Assembly: GCA_030248215.1 (NCBI GenBank) | Contig: JASANG010003525.1 | Span: 62,001-126,000 of the forward strand | Direction of reading: 5' to 3' | Source: Enoplolaimus lenunculus | Taxonomy: Eukaryota | DNA: 64,000 nucleotides | Part shown: positions 14,550-26,700 of the stretch, piece by piece | Layout of the letters: every line of letters starts with the position of its first letter | How positions within the stretch are numbered: the stretch's first letter is position 1 | Notes under the pieces: model-generated | Seen by the model: the letters and a program-made list of their open reading frames with translations, nothing else | Told to the model about the DNA's origin: nothing | Databases searched by the model: none | Program-made: the position numbers and the translations under genes

Positions 14550-15774
14550 CTAGAAGGAATTTGTAGTTGAATTCACAAGGTTTGGAATTGGGGCAGAACC
14601 GTTTCTAGGATGAGCTCAAAAATTTTCTAACGAGATGAGTTGTGGCTTCCTGTCCACCTGTCTGGCTACAAACCAAATGTCTTTTCAGTGAGGGGTTAAG
14701 ACAAAAACTATTACTTTTGGGGCCGTAAAACATGAAATATGGTTGTAATATATTTTGGGACCGATCCTTGGCCCCGGTTTATATCACGAGCATAATCACG
14801 TTACAATACTTGTATGGACTGAGAGATATGCTCGTAATCAGCTTAAAATGATACAGGATCAAAACAGTTTTCAGAAACGGGCATATAGTTGATTCCTCAA
14901 ATCTTACAAGCCGGGCAAACCTTTTCTACACTGAAAAAATGGTGAGTCAAATTGACTCTCTCCGAAATAGGCTTTTCCGGACTACACAAACTGAGTCAGA
15001 ATTCTACTCCACCGCAGGCAAATTCGAGTAACTGGGTCGCTTGGTGAGTCGAATTTGACTCTGACGGAGTCGAATTTTGACTCAGTTTGTGAAGTTCAGA
15101 AAAGCCTATTTCGGAGAGAGTCAATTTGTCTCACCATTTTTTGCAGTGTAGGAGCGGCCAAAATTTTACCAGGGGAGGTGTTGGACCCACCTTGCCATCC
15201 TATTGCTACGGTCCCGTATAGAGACTTGTAATTAGAAAGATACAAGACATTGCTGATTACTTTGTCGGCAAAGAATTTTAGAGATTTATTTGATTGTCAT
15301 ATATAGACACGACTGCGGATTTCCTCTTGTATATAAACTGAAAATAATAAATTCTGTTTCAGAACATTGTAGTTAGAGTTACCCAGGTGAAGAATGGTAA
15401 TTCCTGCTGTGGGACAATTTTATCGTTTGACAAGTTTAGTTTTAGGAGTTACCGGCTGGTAGTAGGCATGGTACCACCGGAAGCTTTTATCTCCAGCTGC
15501 GACTTCTGTATAATTTTTACCGAAGTTCCGAGAGAGCGTCGCTAGTGAAATTTTTCGTATTGTTATAGAAACTGTTTTGTTTAGCGAGTTTTTGGCTATT
15601 TTAGGGCAATTGTGGAGGATTTGATGGTCAAGGTTTCTCAAAATGAGTATACAAATGAAATTTTGGCGACCTAAAAGATTATTGTAAAAAATTAGCAAAT
15701 CTAAAACCTTGTTATAAATTCTTGTTTTGCTCGAGTCTGCCTTTGGCAAGACTTGCAAACCTTCAGCTGCGGCA

Positions 15775-15936
15775 ACGGGCCCGTAACCAAGGGGGGCGGG
15801 AGGGCTGAGCCCCCTGGAAAAACTTTGGTCTTTCCTAGAAGATTTTCAATCTTGTTTGTAAGTCATTGAAAACCCTTAAATGCCCCTCCTGAAAAAGTTT
15901 TGGCCCCCTCTAGCAAGATAAGCTGGCTGCGGGCAT
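15775..15936. mobile_element. GC-rich short TIR element; related copies ~3716-3883, ~16790-17090 (tandem), ~30535-30690, ~53940-54090
   Basis: gcccgtagcca...tggctacgggc ends and shared interior aaaattttcaggaggggca. Confidence 0.7.
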
Positions 15937-18149
15937 GTACGGCAGTTTTTACTGCCAGTTACGATTTATCATTTGGTAAACGACCAGTTACCTGCTGGGA
16001 AAGCATTGTTTACTGGCGTAAAGATGCTAAGTTTTCCTTTATCACCATCATGTAATAGGCGTAACAGTGCCGAAGCAGACAGGGGAGTGGACTCACCCCA
16101 CACTCCAGAATAAAAGCCGTCAAATATCCAGAATTTTCCGGTAAATGGTTGATCTAGAAAGATAAGCCATCTTTAAAACGAATCACACTTCGCGCGCAGC
16201 ACGAAATTTTTTTTTGAGATTTTTTGCTAAATTAGCTGAACAGCTCATATTTTAGGTAAAAGTTTATACATCTGATGATCCAACCAGGAGAGTGAGCACA
16301 CGGCACACCTCACTTCAAACCTGTTTCATTACTGTTCTTGAATATTTCATTTCTGGTTAGTTTTATATCTTAAGTATAGCATAGCGAGCGAGAAAAATGG
16401 TTAACATTTGGCAATCTCGTGGGTAGTTTAAGGTCGTGTTGCGTGTGAAATCATTAAAAAACCACGGCAAGGTAGAAAGAATAGTGTCAATAACTCGCGA
16501 GCGAACCGAACGAGAAGCCAGACGCATTACAAAACTTTTGCGGTTTTTGTTTTAAACGTTTAGGGTAGGACCCTTTTAGGGGTGGGATGCCTTTCAAATG
16601 TATGGTATGGGTGTGGCTGCTCCTGGTTTGAGGCGTAATATACATTTCATGGTGTTTTACCGCTATCTGTGTAGAAGAAATTAGTCATAGACATAGGATA
16701 AACTATTTTAAACAAAATATCTGGTAAAAAATTAGTCTGAACCCATACATTTGCGCATAGATAGCAGGTTTGTAACTAACTTACCTTAATGGGGGAGGCT
16801 AAAAATTTTACAGGAGGGGCTACAAGGGTTTTCGATGGCTTACAAGTAAAATTAAACATTTTCCAAGGGTGTCAAAATTTCTACAAGTCTCACCCCCCGG
16901 GCCCGTCTCTGGCTGTGGGCCCTGCTACAAGTTCTCGCTAGCCAGCTCACCTTGCTAGGAGGGCCTTAAAATTTTTCAGGAAAGGCATTTAAAGGTTTTC
17001 AATGATTTGCAACAAAGGTTGAAAATCTTCTAGGGGGCCACAATGTTTCTAGGGGGTTGATCCCCCTGCCACCCTCTTGGCTACGGGCCCGCGCCATGCT
17101 TTAAATTAATTTTTGTTATTTTTAAATAAACATTTACTTAAAAGCGATTCAGAAAGAAATAAAATAGCTTTACGTTTGGTTTTATTGTATTATATTGCAA
17201 CATTAGTAGAAACAGAACATGGTTTGTGCCAATTTATTGCTCTATTTAAGCAATGTATATATTATATTGCCGTCTGTTTAAAGCACTACAAGATTAGCTT
17301 AAGCTTAAATCGAGTTAGTTGAAGATTTCACAGAGTTGAGTTGGCAAGAATTATTGTTTTAAATATTTTACACATTAATACCGAACAAAAGCCAGGTATA
17401 ATTAAAATAAAATTTTGGTTTCTGGGTAGTTTTTAGGTTTCGGGTCAAAGTGTTCAATTAAGTTTTTCGTACCAGCTGTTCGGTGACAACCTATCGAAAA
17501 CAGCTATCTTAAGCTAAATTTTGTCCGTATTTTAAATATAAATCGGTCTCAAAGTTTAATACTCTTAAGTAGAAATATGAGAGAATTTTGAACTTGAAAA
17601 TGTTGGGGAATAACGTTGTCTCATGGATCCGCTACTGTCAGGTTGAAATTTTGGTAATAAAAGATAGGAGTCAGATGACGACACGTACTGACACATACTC
17701 AGTGCGAGAGCAGGCAGGGGGGCTCCCCCCAAATTCCAGGTTGGGTGTGGCCCCTAAACTCGCGATCAAAGCGAGCGAGAAACCAGATGCATTTTAAAAC
17801 TTAAGCGGTTTTTTGTTTCAACCGGTTAGGGTGGGGCTTCTTTTGTTGTGGGCCCCCCAAATGCGGGGTATGGGGGGTGGCTGCTCCGGTCATGCATATA
17901 CTCCAAGACTGGAGATGGCAGTCGGGACAGGAAGCTTACGCTTCTTATAAGGCAACAATGCGGCAAATCTCGTTGACGGACTGAATACTCGCATTTGTAT
18001 CATCCATGAAATTTTTCTAGTTCGCCGCTTACTAAATTCAGTTTAATACTGTATTAAATAATGAAGTGGCGAAAAGATATATTAATTGGATAAAAATATG
18101 AAAATCAGCATACGACTCGCTGAAATGATTAGAAATTTTTGTTATGTAG

Positions 18150-21100
18150 CTGCTATTTTTTGGGGATCAGGTAGTCCACGGTTGTTTTGCAGGGATCCAT
18201 GGGACGGCTCAAAAAATCGTTCCTGGGGAAGATCGGGATGTGTCCATGGTGACCCGTTTCACTTTTATTGCTTTTTTTGATTTTTTTACATTTCCACATT
18301 TAGCGTAGTTTTTTCAGTATTTTTACATACAAATTTGTTTGAAATTTATATTCTTTGCGTTGAGGCTGATGCTTTGGATCCACAATTGGCTTAGGCAAAT
18401 GTTACTGCCTGGAACGTAACATTGGCCTTCAATTGAACGTGCATGTAAATGCTGTAGATAGTGCCAAACTGTGCTTTTATTGATTGTCAACATCGCCAGT
18501 TTGCCGGAGTCGAATCCGAACCTTTGTTTTGTCATTTCTAAAGCGTATATATATGTATATGTATATGTATATATGTATTTATTTATTTACTTATTTATTT
18601 ATTTATATTTATATTTATATATCAGAATGAAATCAAATTATACTCGGATAAAAACAATGTTAAGTTTAGTTTTGTTAACCTTAATTTGGTTACAGTACGG
18701 TTAGTTAACATTACACAACGAAGATTGCGTTAATATGTCTATGCCTTCGAATCTATAACTTTAATCAGAATTCTGTCTACTTCATATAGCACCTATATCC
18801 AGTTGGCGATATGTCTTGTAACTTTCAAATCCGCGATTATCTGCGCAGAGGCTAGCACTCCCCTACCCCCAGGGGGTTTTAATCCGGTTGGTTCAACAAA
18901 TATTTAAACACAGTCGTAAAGGATAGACCAATTTAATACCGTCAGACACTCTAAAAGCATTGAAACTGTAGGTCGAAGTTTTTCAACTAAAATTAACGAT
19001 GGATTACGTGTATCGTGAACAGAACCTCAATAAACGGTACGGAGGCCTTAACGGACGACACAAAAGCTTCGCTGAACCACTAAGGGATTGATTAGATCAC
19101 ATGGGGGGGCTCAGCTCGTAATATGACGGCCTCGGTAGTCGGATCAGGACAAACGGTTCGCCAAGCCTAGCCCCGGCCCCGTATATTATTGTTTTCAAGT
19201 TAAAGCAGGATATAGTCAACTTGCTCGTATGCCACCCTCATAATACCGAGATTGGGATCTGAGCACAAAAAATTCACAACAGACAACAAAGTATATCTAA
19301 AAAATGTTCTGCTTATTGAGGGTTGCGTTATACTTGACGACCGGCGCCGTCTGTCACCGTCCGTCACTATACACGGTATCGTACGTGAGTAATATTTGCG
19401 TACGATACCGCAAAGCGACGGACCTGCGCCGAACGTCAACAAAAGTATAGAGCAACCCTAATAAACAAAACCGTCGATAAAACTATTTTCTATCAGTCAG
19501 GATAAGGCCATCCGACTCATCAGACGCTCTATCATCCGATTTCGCTGATGAACATTGTTCACCTTAATCTCAAGCTTAGGCTTAGGGTCCGTATTCTCAA
19601 TTGCATATAGCACCTATCACCAGTTAGTAATAGGTTTTCAAGCTAACGAACTGCTACAATTGCAGATCTTCAAATTTGCACAGAAGTAGAGTAAGTCGCG
19701 AATGCAGTAAACGTGTTGAATTTCAAACGTTTATATTCCCTGGTCCGAAAGTTACAACACCTAACATCAACTGGTACCAGGTACTACACGCATTTCAGAA
19801 TACGCGCTTAGGTTTAAGAAACTGTTGCGGAAACGTCTCTGTTCGTATGATCTACTGATTATGTATATGGTACGCTGAACCGCTATAGGCCCGACAGGCA
19901 TGACATCAGCAAAGTTCACAGTATTAAACTCCATGAAACAGTATCCTTTATCGCAGCGTTGAAACCGTATCATTATGATTAGTTTCCGTGGGTTTTGTGT
20001 GGCTGTAAGATATATTTTCATGTAACATAACTACGTGTAGGTATACTGATAATAAATGCATATACAGAACCTTTTAAGTTAAACTCATCCATTTTTCAAA
20101 ATTGGTTTAGGTTCAGGTTTACACTTAGGCATATTCTGGCTTGAGGTTTAGGTTTTAAGAAGCTTAAAGCTTATTCGGGAGGGCTACGTTTTTGCTGGAG
20201 CTTAACGATCGCAAATATATTCAAAATAAACCCGTTAAACGTACGTCTGTCCACGGCTATTGAAATATGTATATAATGGGGTCCCGTGTTGGGAAATAAC
20301 AGTTGTTCCATAAGTGTATATAATTACAGTTGTCTGTTAGTTTATATAAGCGAAAATTGTTGAAGTACAAAGGAAATTGTTTCCTTTCCTATTTACGAAC
20401 TTAATTTTATACAATTTAGGGTTTAATTATAAAAATATTTCAATATAAGATATTATCCGTTGTATCTAAACTGCAAAAAAATGGTGAGTCAAATTGACTC
20501 TCTCCGAAATAGAGTTTTCCGGACTACACAAACTGAGTCAGATTCGACTCCACCAGAGTCAAGTTTGACTCAGTGAGCGACTCGCTGTAAGTCGAATTTG
20601 ACTCTGGCGCAGTGGAATTTGACTCCGTTTGTGTAGTCAGGAAAAGCGTATTTTGGAAAGAGTCAATTTGACTCACCATTTTTTGCAGTGTGCGTTGATA
20701 AAGATTCTCCGAAATAGACTTTTCCGGGCTACACAAACTGAGTGAAATTCGACTCCGCCAGAGTCAAGTTTGACTCAGTGAGCGACTCACCGTGAGTCGA
20801 ATTTGACTCTGGCGCAGTGGAATTTGACTCAGTTTGTGTAGTCAGGAAAAGCCTGTTTTGGAAAGAGTTAATTTGATTCACCATTTTTTGCAGTGTGCTT
20901 TGATAAAGATTCTTTAAAATATTCAAATAGCCCCCATTTAAATATTCTAGATTTGGCCCTCGTATCTGGAATGTCTACTGCGGTGAACGTATATAAATCG
21001 GAGCCTGATATTTGTGATATCCTATACTGCTCAGGCAAATTCTTGAAAATGTAGACAACTTATCTTAAAGCAAAAAAGTTAATATGCATTAAAATATCAG

Positions 21101-23459
21101 GTATTTGGCCAGTATTGTTTTTGTTTTAAATTCAGCTTAAAATCGATCTAACTTTACCGAAATGCACGCGACTATGCAACGAATTTCAGATAGCAACCTT
21201 TGAAAGCTTAAAACCCTTAAAATTTAAATCGAATGCCACAGATGGCGGAGACACGATTGAAATCGGAAATTGAATTTGAGAAAATTTAAACTTTTCAGAG
21301 CACAAAAGTTCGAACAGACGCCGTTGTGTTAATATTGTTTTTGATTGTTATCCGAAACGTTTCGTCGAACAACTTAAACTGACACAAATCTCAAATTTTA
21401 ACCAGAAATCGCGTGTTGATTTTGCCGAAAAGTTCAACGGAAATTATATTCGCACAAAATTTTTTTTTCTTATCCATGCTTGTGTATATGTGAAATCAGA
21501 CGTTTGTGTTAAAATAGTAAGTTTATGTACATTTCCTTCCACATTTAAGGTTTAGGCTTAGGCGTAGTCTGCTTAGGTAGATAATTCTTTTCTTTAGCCT
21601 ATAAAGTATAAATGTGAATGAGAAAGTGTACAAGAGACAATCAGTGTACTTATTGGGTTTCGACAACGTCTAACAAGCGACCTATACACTAGCTGATTGA
21701 TGACTTCCTAGAATCATAGTCCACAATCTTGAGATACCCATAGACATATAATAAAAAGCGTGCTTTCAAATTAACCTCTTCAACAATACACTGTAAAAAA
21801 TGGTGAGTTAAATTGACCCTTTCCGAAATAGGCTTTTCCGGACAACACAAACTTTGTCAAATTCGACTCCGCCGCAGTCACATTCAACTCACGGAGCGAT
21901 TCAGTTTAGTCGAATTTGACTCTCTGGCTGAGTGAAATTTGACTCAGATAGTGTAGTCAGGAAAAGCCTATTTCGAAGAGAGAGTCTATTTTACTAACCA
22001 TTTTTTGCAGTGTAGGTATCAATATATTTTGCACCATCAAAATTTTTTGTGTTAAAGTTATTCCTTTCGCAGCACATACTGAATTCTATTATCGTCGACG
22101 TTTCATTTGTAGGATCCGCCCACGTGGGATATTATGATATCGTTTCGATTTTCTTAGGTTTGCCCGGTTTTACGAAACGGTATGCAAATTGAAGTTTTAG
22201 CAAGCTTTATGTTTGTTTACATGAAGAGGTTTTGGACCGGTCATGCAATTTATCGGTTAGCGTTGTCTAATTGTTGATTATGCTAAGAAACATTCGTCTG
22301 ATTTTGTAGTTTTGCCTGGCTCGCGCTGCGGGTCAATTTTACACGCAACAACAACTACCGACACATTTTCTAACCTGAGGCAAACCTATTAACTTGAGGG
22401 CGTTATCGTCATGCATACGCCTAATTAGCATAACAAATCTTCAGTATATATCATGGAGTTTGTTCATGACATATATAGCGTACAAAAGCCTAGGGAAGCA
22501 GAACGCAATCGATTGCCATAAACATGCAAATCACACAGGGTATATACACTTTTCAAATTTCAACCAACATTTCATTGTTTTTTTTTCGTTATCTTAGCTA
22601 ACAAAATGTGACTTTTTGTCGTTTTCCGCTATTAGCTAAGTAATTAACGGCCAATATTTGACGTTTCAATCAAACGCTTTTTTTCGTCTGTCTCGGCCTC
22701 AATATTTTGTGCGTTCACACTTACAGTTTTTTTTATTTCTTCAAGTTGTGCTTTGCTTGGCAGTTTCGTTGCATCCGAGCTTTAATAGCTGCCATACCCG
22801 TTTTTGAACTTCATAAATTTTACTGTGACAGGCAATGAAGCATTATTAGCTATAAAACTTTTGAAGCTTCGGAAGATAACGTCGAAAATATGGGTTTGGT
22901 ATGAAGGTAATATGTCAACATGCATCATACAGAAAGGAGGTAAACATTTTTTGACGATCAGGCTTCAATTCATAGTATAATATATATACATATATATATT
23001 TATATATATATATATATATAAATACGAAAACAAATTTGCTTTCTGAATTAGTAAATGCGGTTGAGAAGTGTACGACTTGATAGCTCCGCGGAATTTTATG
23101 AAATCATCATTGTACCATTGCGAATGGTTTTGTACCAGCAATGTAACTGGAGGTGGAATATTCCGGAACGAGTTGAGACAAAATTAGGCAATAAAATGCG
23201 TTTTTTAAACTCTGGTCAACGAAAACTTACAATTTGCCCTAAAGTTGCCAACACTCTGAGTAGCACAAAATACAGTAAAATTATAAGACAAATTTCACTG
23301 TCAAAACTGCCGGAACTTCTGTCTGTTACAAAATTTCACCTGGGCCGGAACTTGTGGTCAATTTGCTGCGCGAGCTGGCTATTTTTTTGCTGGCACGCTT
23401 CAGGTTGTTCCGTGTTTTTCACATACCCTTTACTAGAGTGTACTTATTGTATTCAAACG
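18150..23459 (+). CDS. Tentative upstream exons of the zinc-finger gene
   Basis: Open AG/GT-bounded segments with compatible phases: ~18150-18248 (LLFFGDQVVHGCFAG...), ~18972-19036 (VEVFQLKLTMDYVY...), 20951-20982, 22113-22157 (or -22179), 22832-22906 (or 22850-22898), 23404-23459. At least two alternative chains fit and no homology was recognised. Confidence 0.35.
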
Positions 23460-23768
23460 GTACAAACCGCCTGACTAAAAATCTTTTGGCTACAATAATT
23501 GTGATAAGTAGGTAAACCAGCTGTATGAATATAAAACCGTTAATACAATAAAATAAGGGGTTAAGTGCGTCAGTGTCGACGGAAGCAAGCTGCAAACCCC
23601 CGGTCGGCGGAGGCCCAGAGAGCCAATATGGCTTATTTTTGCCCGAAAAAAAATTGTGTCATTGGCATTGTAAATATTGCTAAAATGCAAAATGCAAATA
23701 GCATTTCGTGCTTCAGTACCTTCTACATTGTTTTGTATTGCTTTTGCGTTTACTATATCAACTCCCAG

Positions 23769-26700
23769 GTATCGTTGGTGCATGACGATGATACGGTAAC
23801 GGGAGGCACGTTTACATCCCTCATCGCATCGGGCTTTGACAGGTACAAAATTTAGTAACTCTACTTATCTCGAAACTTCGGCCCATGTAAACATCAGGGG
23901 CGAAGAGTTTTTCTGTTGGACTACAATAGAGTAAGCTTAAGCTTTAGGCTAATTTTTTGCTTGGTTTAGGCTTAGGCTTAGGCTTAGGAATATGCTCATT
24001 TTTACGCTTAGGTTTAGGCTTAGGCTTAGGCTTATAGGTTCAGGAATATGCTTATAATACTGTTCCGCCCCTGTTCTTTAGATTAGCCGAAACTTCTATG
24101 ACAAAATATCGAAAATTTTTCCGCGTTTTAGGCGGAGTGGAAATATAATAAAGTAGAAGGATTTGTCTATCCCTTTGCTGCGAAGGATCACAGCCACTGT
24201 GTACCTTATACTTGGCTATATAGACTAAATCAAAATCTTGTATTTACGATTTGGTTCTACTATTGCATTTTAGTTTTCCACTCGCTTCGCTCGCGAAGTT
24301 TTCTGACTGATACATATAAAGTCCACAGGCCAGGCAATCTTAAAAAATTTTTAACTTCTCTGAGGGTGTGTACTGCGTAGTGAGTTTTTAACAATTAAGT
24401 GTTAAATTTGGGGGTGCCAAAAACCGTTGCCCCCACAGCAAGTCTGCATCCATTACGCCACTGTGCGCGACAGCGTTGTTCAACTCTTCAGAGATAAACC
24501 GTGACAGGGATTTATCACTGTTCTGATATGAAAATGATCCTTAAGCACTGCATTGCGGTATACTTTGGACAATTGACTACGTTCAGTATTATAGAGGACG
24601 GCGCCGTGTGAAAATTCAAACTTTCTAAACGTGCCCAGTTTTCTGATTTGGCAGGGGTGCCCGAACCATCTAGCCACAACCCTGGCTCACGCATGTTAGC
24701 TATACACAGATTACGATACAATTTTTTGGAAAAATTAGTAATCATTTGCAATTGCTAGAAATCTTCGCCACCCCTTTTCGATGTTTTAGCCCAAAATTAA
24801 GGACCAAACCGGGAATCGAGGTCCGACCCTCGTGTACTCGAGTCAAGCATGCCACCACTACGCTATGTGGGTACTGGAACAATTTCTTATACCGGTATAT
24901 GTGAACATATGCGCCAATTTTTTTTGTTTTACACACTTAGGGTAGCGCTATACTTGTCATACGGCGCCGTTCGGCGTCCGACGACACCGGACGTGTATCA
25001 GGTCAAAAAATGTTTGTTAACAAATGCATATGCTGTCACATACGGTAAAAACGGTGCGATGTGGTGCGATGATGGACGACACATGACGTCATCAAAAGTA
25101 TAGCGTCACCCGAACCTTGTCTTACCGATAGCAATTTATGCATACTATAAATTGCTAATTTCAAAGATTATGAAATGAAGTTGTTTGTTCATTTTTATGT
25201 AATAAACTAAGGTATCAGTGAAAGTTCACACAGCTGTCGTGTGTGACAACGGCAGCCGAAGGCTGTGCGAAAAACTTCATTACCGTTGATTAAGTTTGAA
25301 AGGTGCAATAATCGACCACGCTGCTATGCCACACAGGATGTTGAGTTTAACTTTTGCACGGGTCTCGGATTCAAAATCCACTGACCAATAGGGAATCCGC
25401 AAATTTCTACTGTAAAAGAAGCTGCGCGATTTGTGCTACACTGTAAAGTTCAATGAGTTGATTAATTAACTCAGAGTGAGAATTAGTTATTTCTGGTTAT
25501 TTCTGAGTTAATAACAGCAAATAATAATTCAGTCTGAGCTGATTTAATTCTGGGTAAATTGATTAATTAACTCATAATGAGTTCAGTCAATTCAGAATGG
25601 TGAGTTCTGAAGACCTAATTCAGAGCTCAGGCTTCTAGAGTGGATTCAACTCACTCTGAGTTAAAATCAACTCACTGGAATTTACAGTGATAGTCAAAAA
25701 GGTTGCAAACTGTAAATTTCAGTGAGTTGATTTTAACCCAGAATGAGTTGAATCACTCAGTCTGTGAGTTACGATTATCAGAACTCAGAATTTTGAGGTG
25801 ATTCAATTCATTCTGAGTTAATTAATCAACTCACCCAGAGTCAACTCAACTCAGAGTGAGAATTAATTAAAGTCAGAGTGAGTTAATGTTTACTGATATT
25901 AATTCAGAAAAAACTAGCTCGCTAGATGAATTGATTAATCAACTCATTGAAATTTACAGTGCAAATCGAAGCGAACGAGAAACAAAAACGCTATTTCACA
26001 ATACTAGTTGTTTAAGCAAAATTTGATTTTGATCCCTATTCGGCTGGCCTTTAAAACCCGGGTGGCTGACGTTAAAATTGAAAATTCCTGATGCCACTTT
26101 GACATATTCCCGCACTGTAAATTCCAATGAGTTAACTAATCAACTCAGACGGAAAGTTAATTATTCCTGAGTTAATAACAATATACTTTAACTCGCTCTG
26201 AGTTGAGTTGATTCTCACTCTGAGTTGAGTTTAATCCGGGAGAGTTGACTAATTGAATTAGAATGAGTTGAATCAACTGAGAATTGTGAGTTCTGATAGT
26301 GCTAAAACTCAGACTGAGGGATTCAACTAAATCACAGTTAAACATCAACTCACTGGAATTTAAAGTGCAAGCAAAACTGTTCCATAGTAAACACGTTACA
26401 TACATTTACGAACATTTTTCTGGTTCAGGTGCATTTGGTTAGACTCTGAATGCCCTTTCGTTCTCGTGCAGTTTTTGCACTATTACATATCGGGCCCATG
26501 AAAAGATCAGGGGCGGAACGTTGTTCTGGGGGATTGCAATAGAGTAAGCTTCAGCTTTAGACTAAATTGTTTGCTCGGCTTAGGCTAGGCTTAGGCTTAG
26601 GAATATACTCATTCTTACGCTTAGGCTTAGGCTTAGGCTTAGGCTTAGGCTTAGGCTTAGGAATACGCCTGTAATACTGTGCCGCCCCTGTTCTTTACAT

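Noticed and set aside
20524..20926. Duplicated ESNST/ESNLT protein ORFs
   Set aside because: Translations of the palindromic CACTG MITE.
20951..21036. GC-AG intron (CAG|GCAAAT) in the plus-strand gene
   Set aside because: A canonical GT donor at 20983 in another frame gives the same phase, so a GC donor is not required.
26575..26665. True telomere or telomere-healing site
   Set aside because: TTAGGC runs are short, internal and enclosed by MITE TIRs and TSDs.
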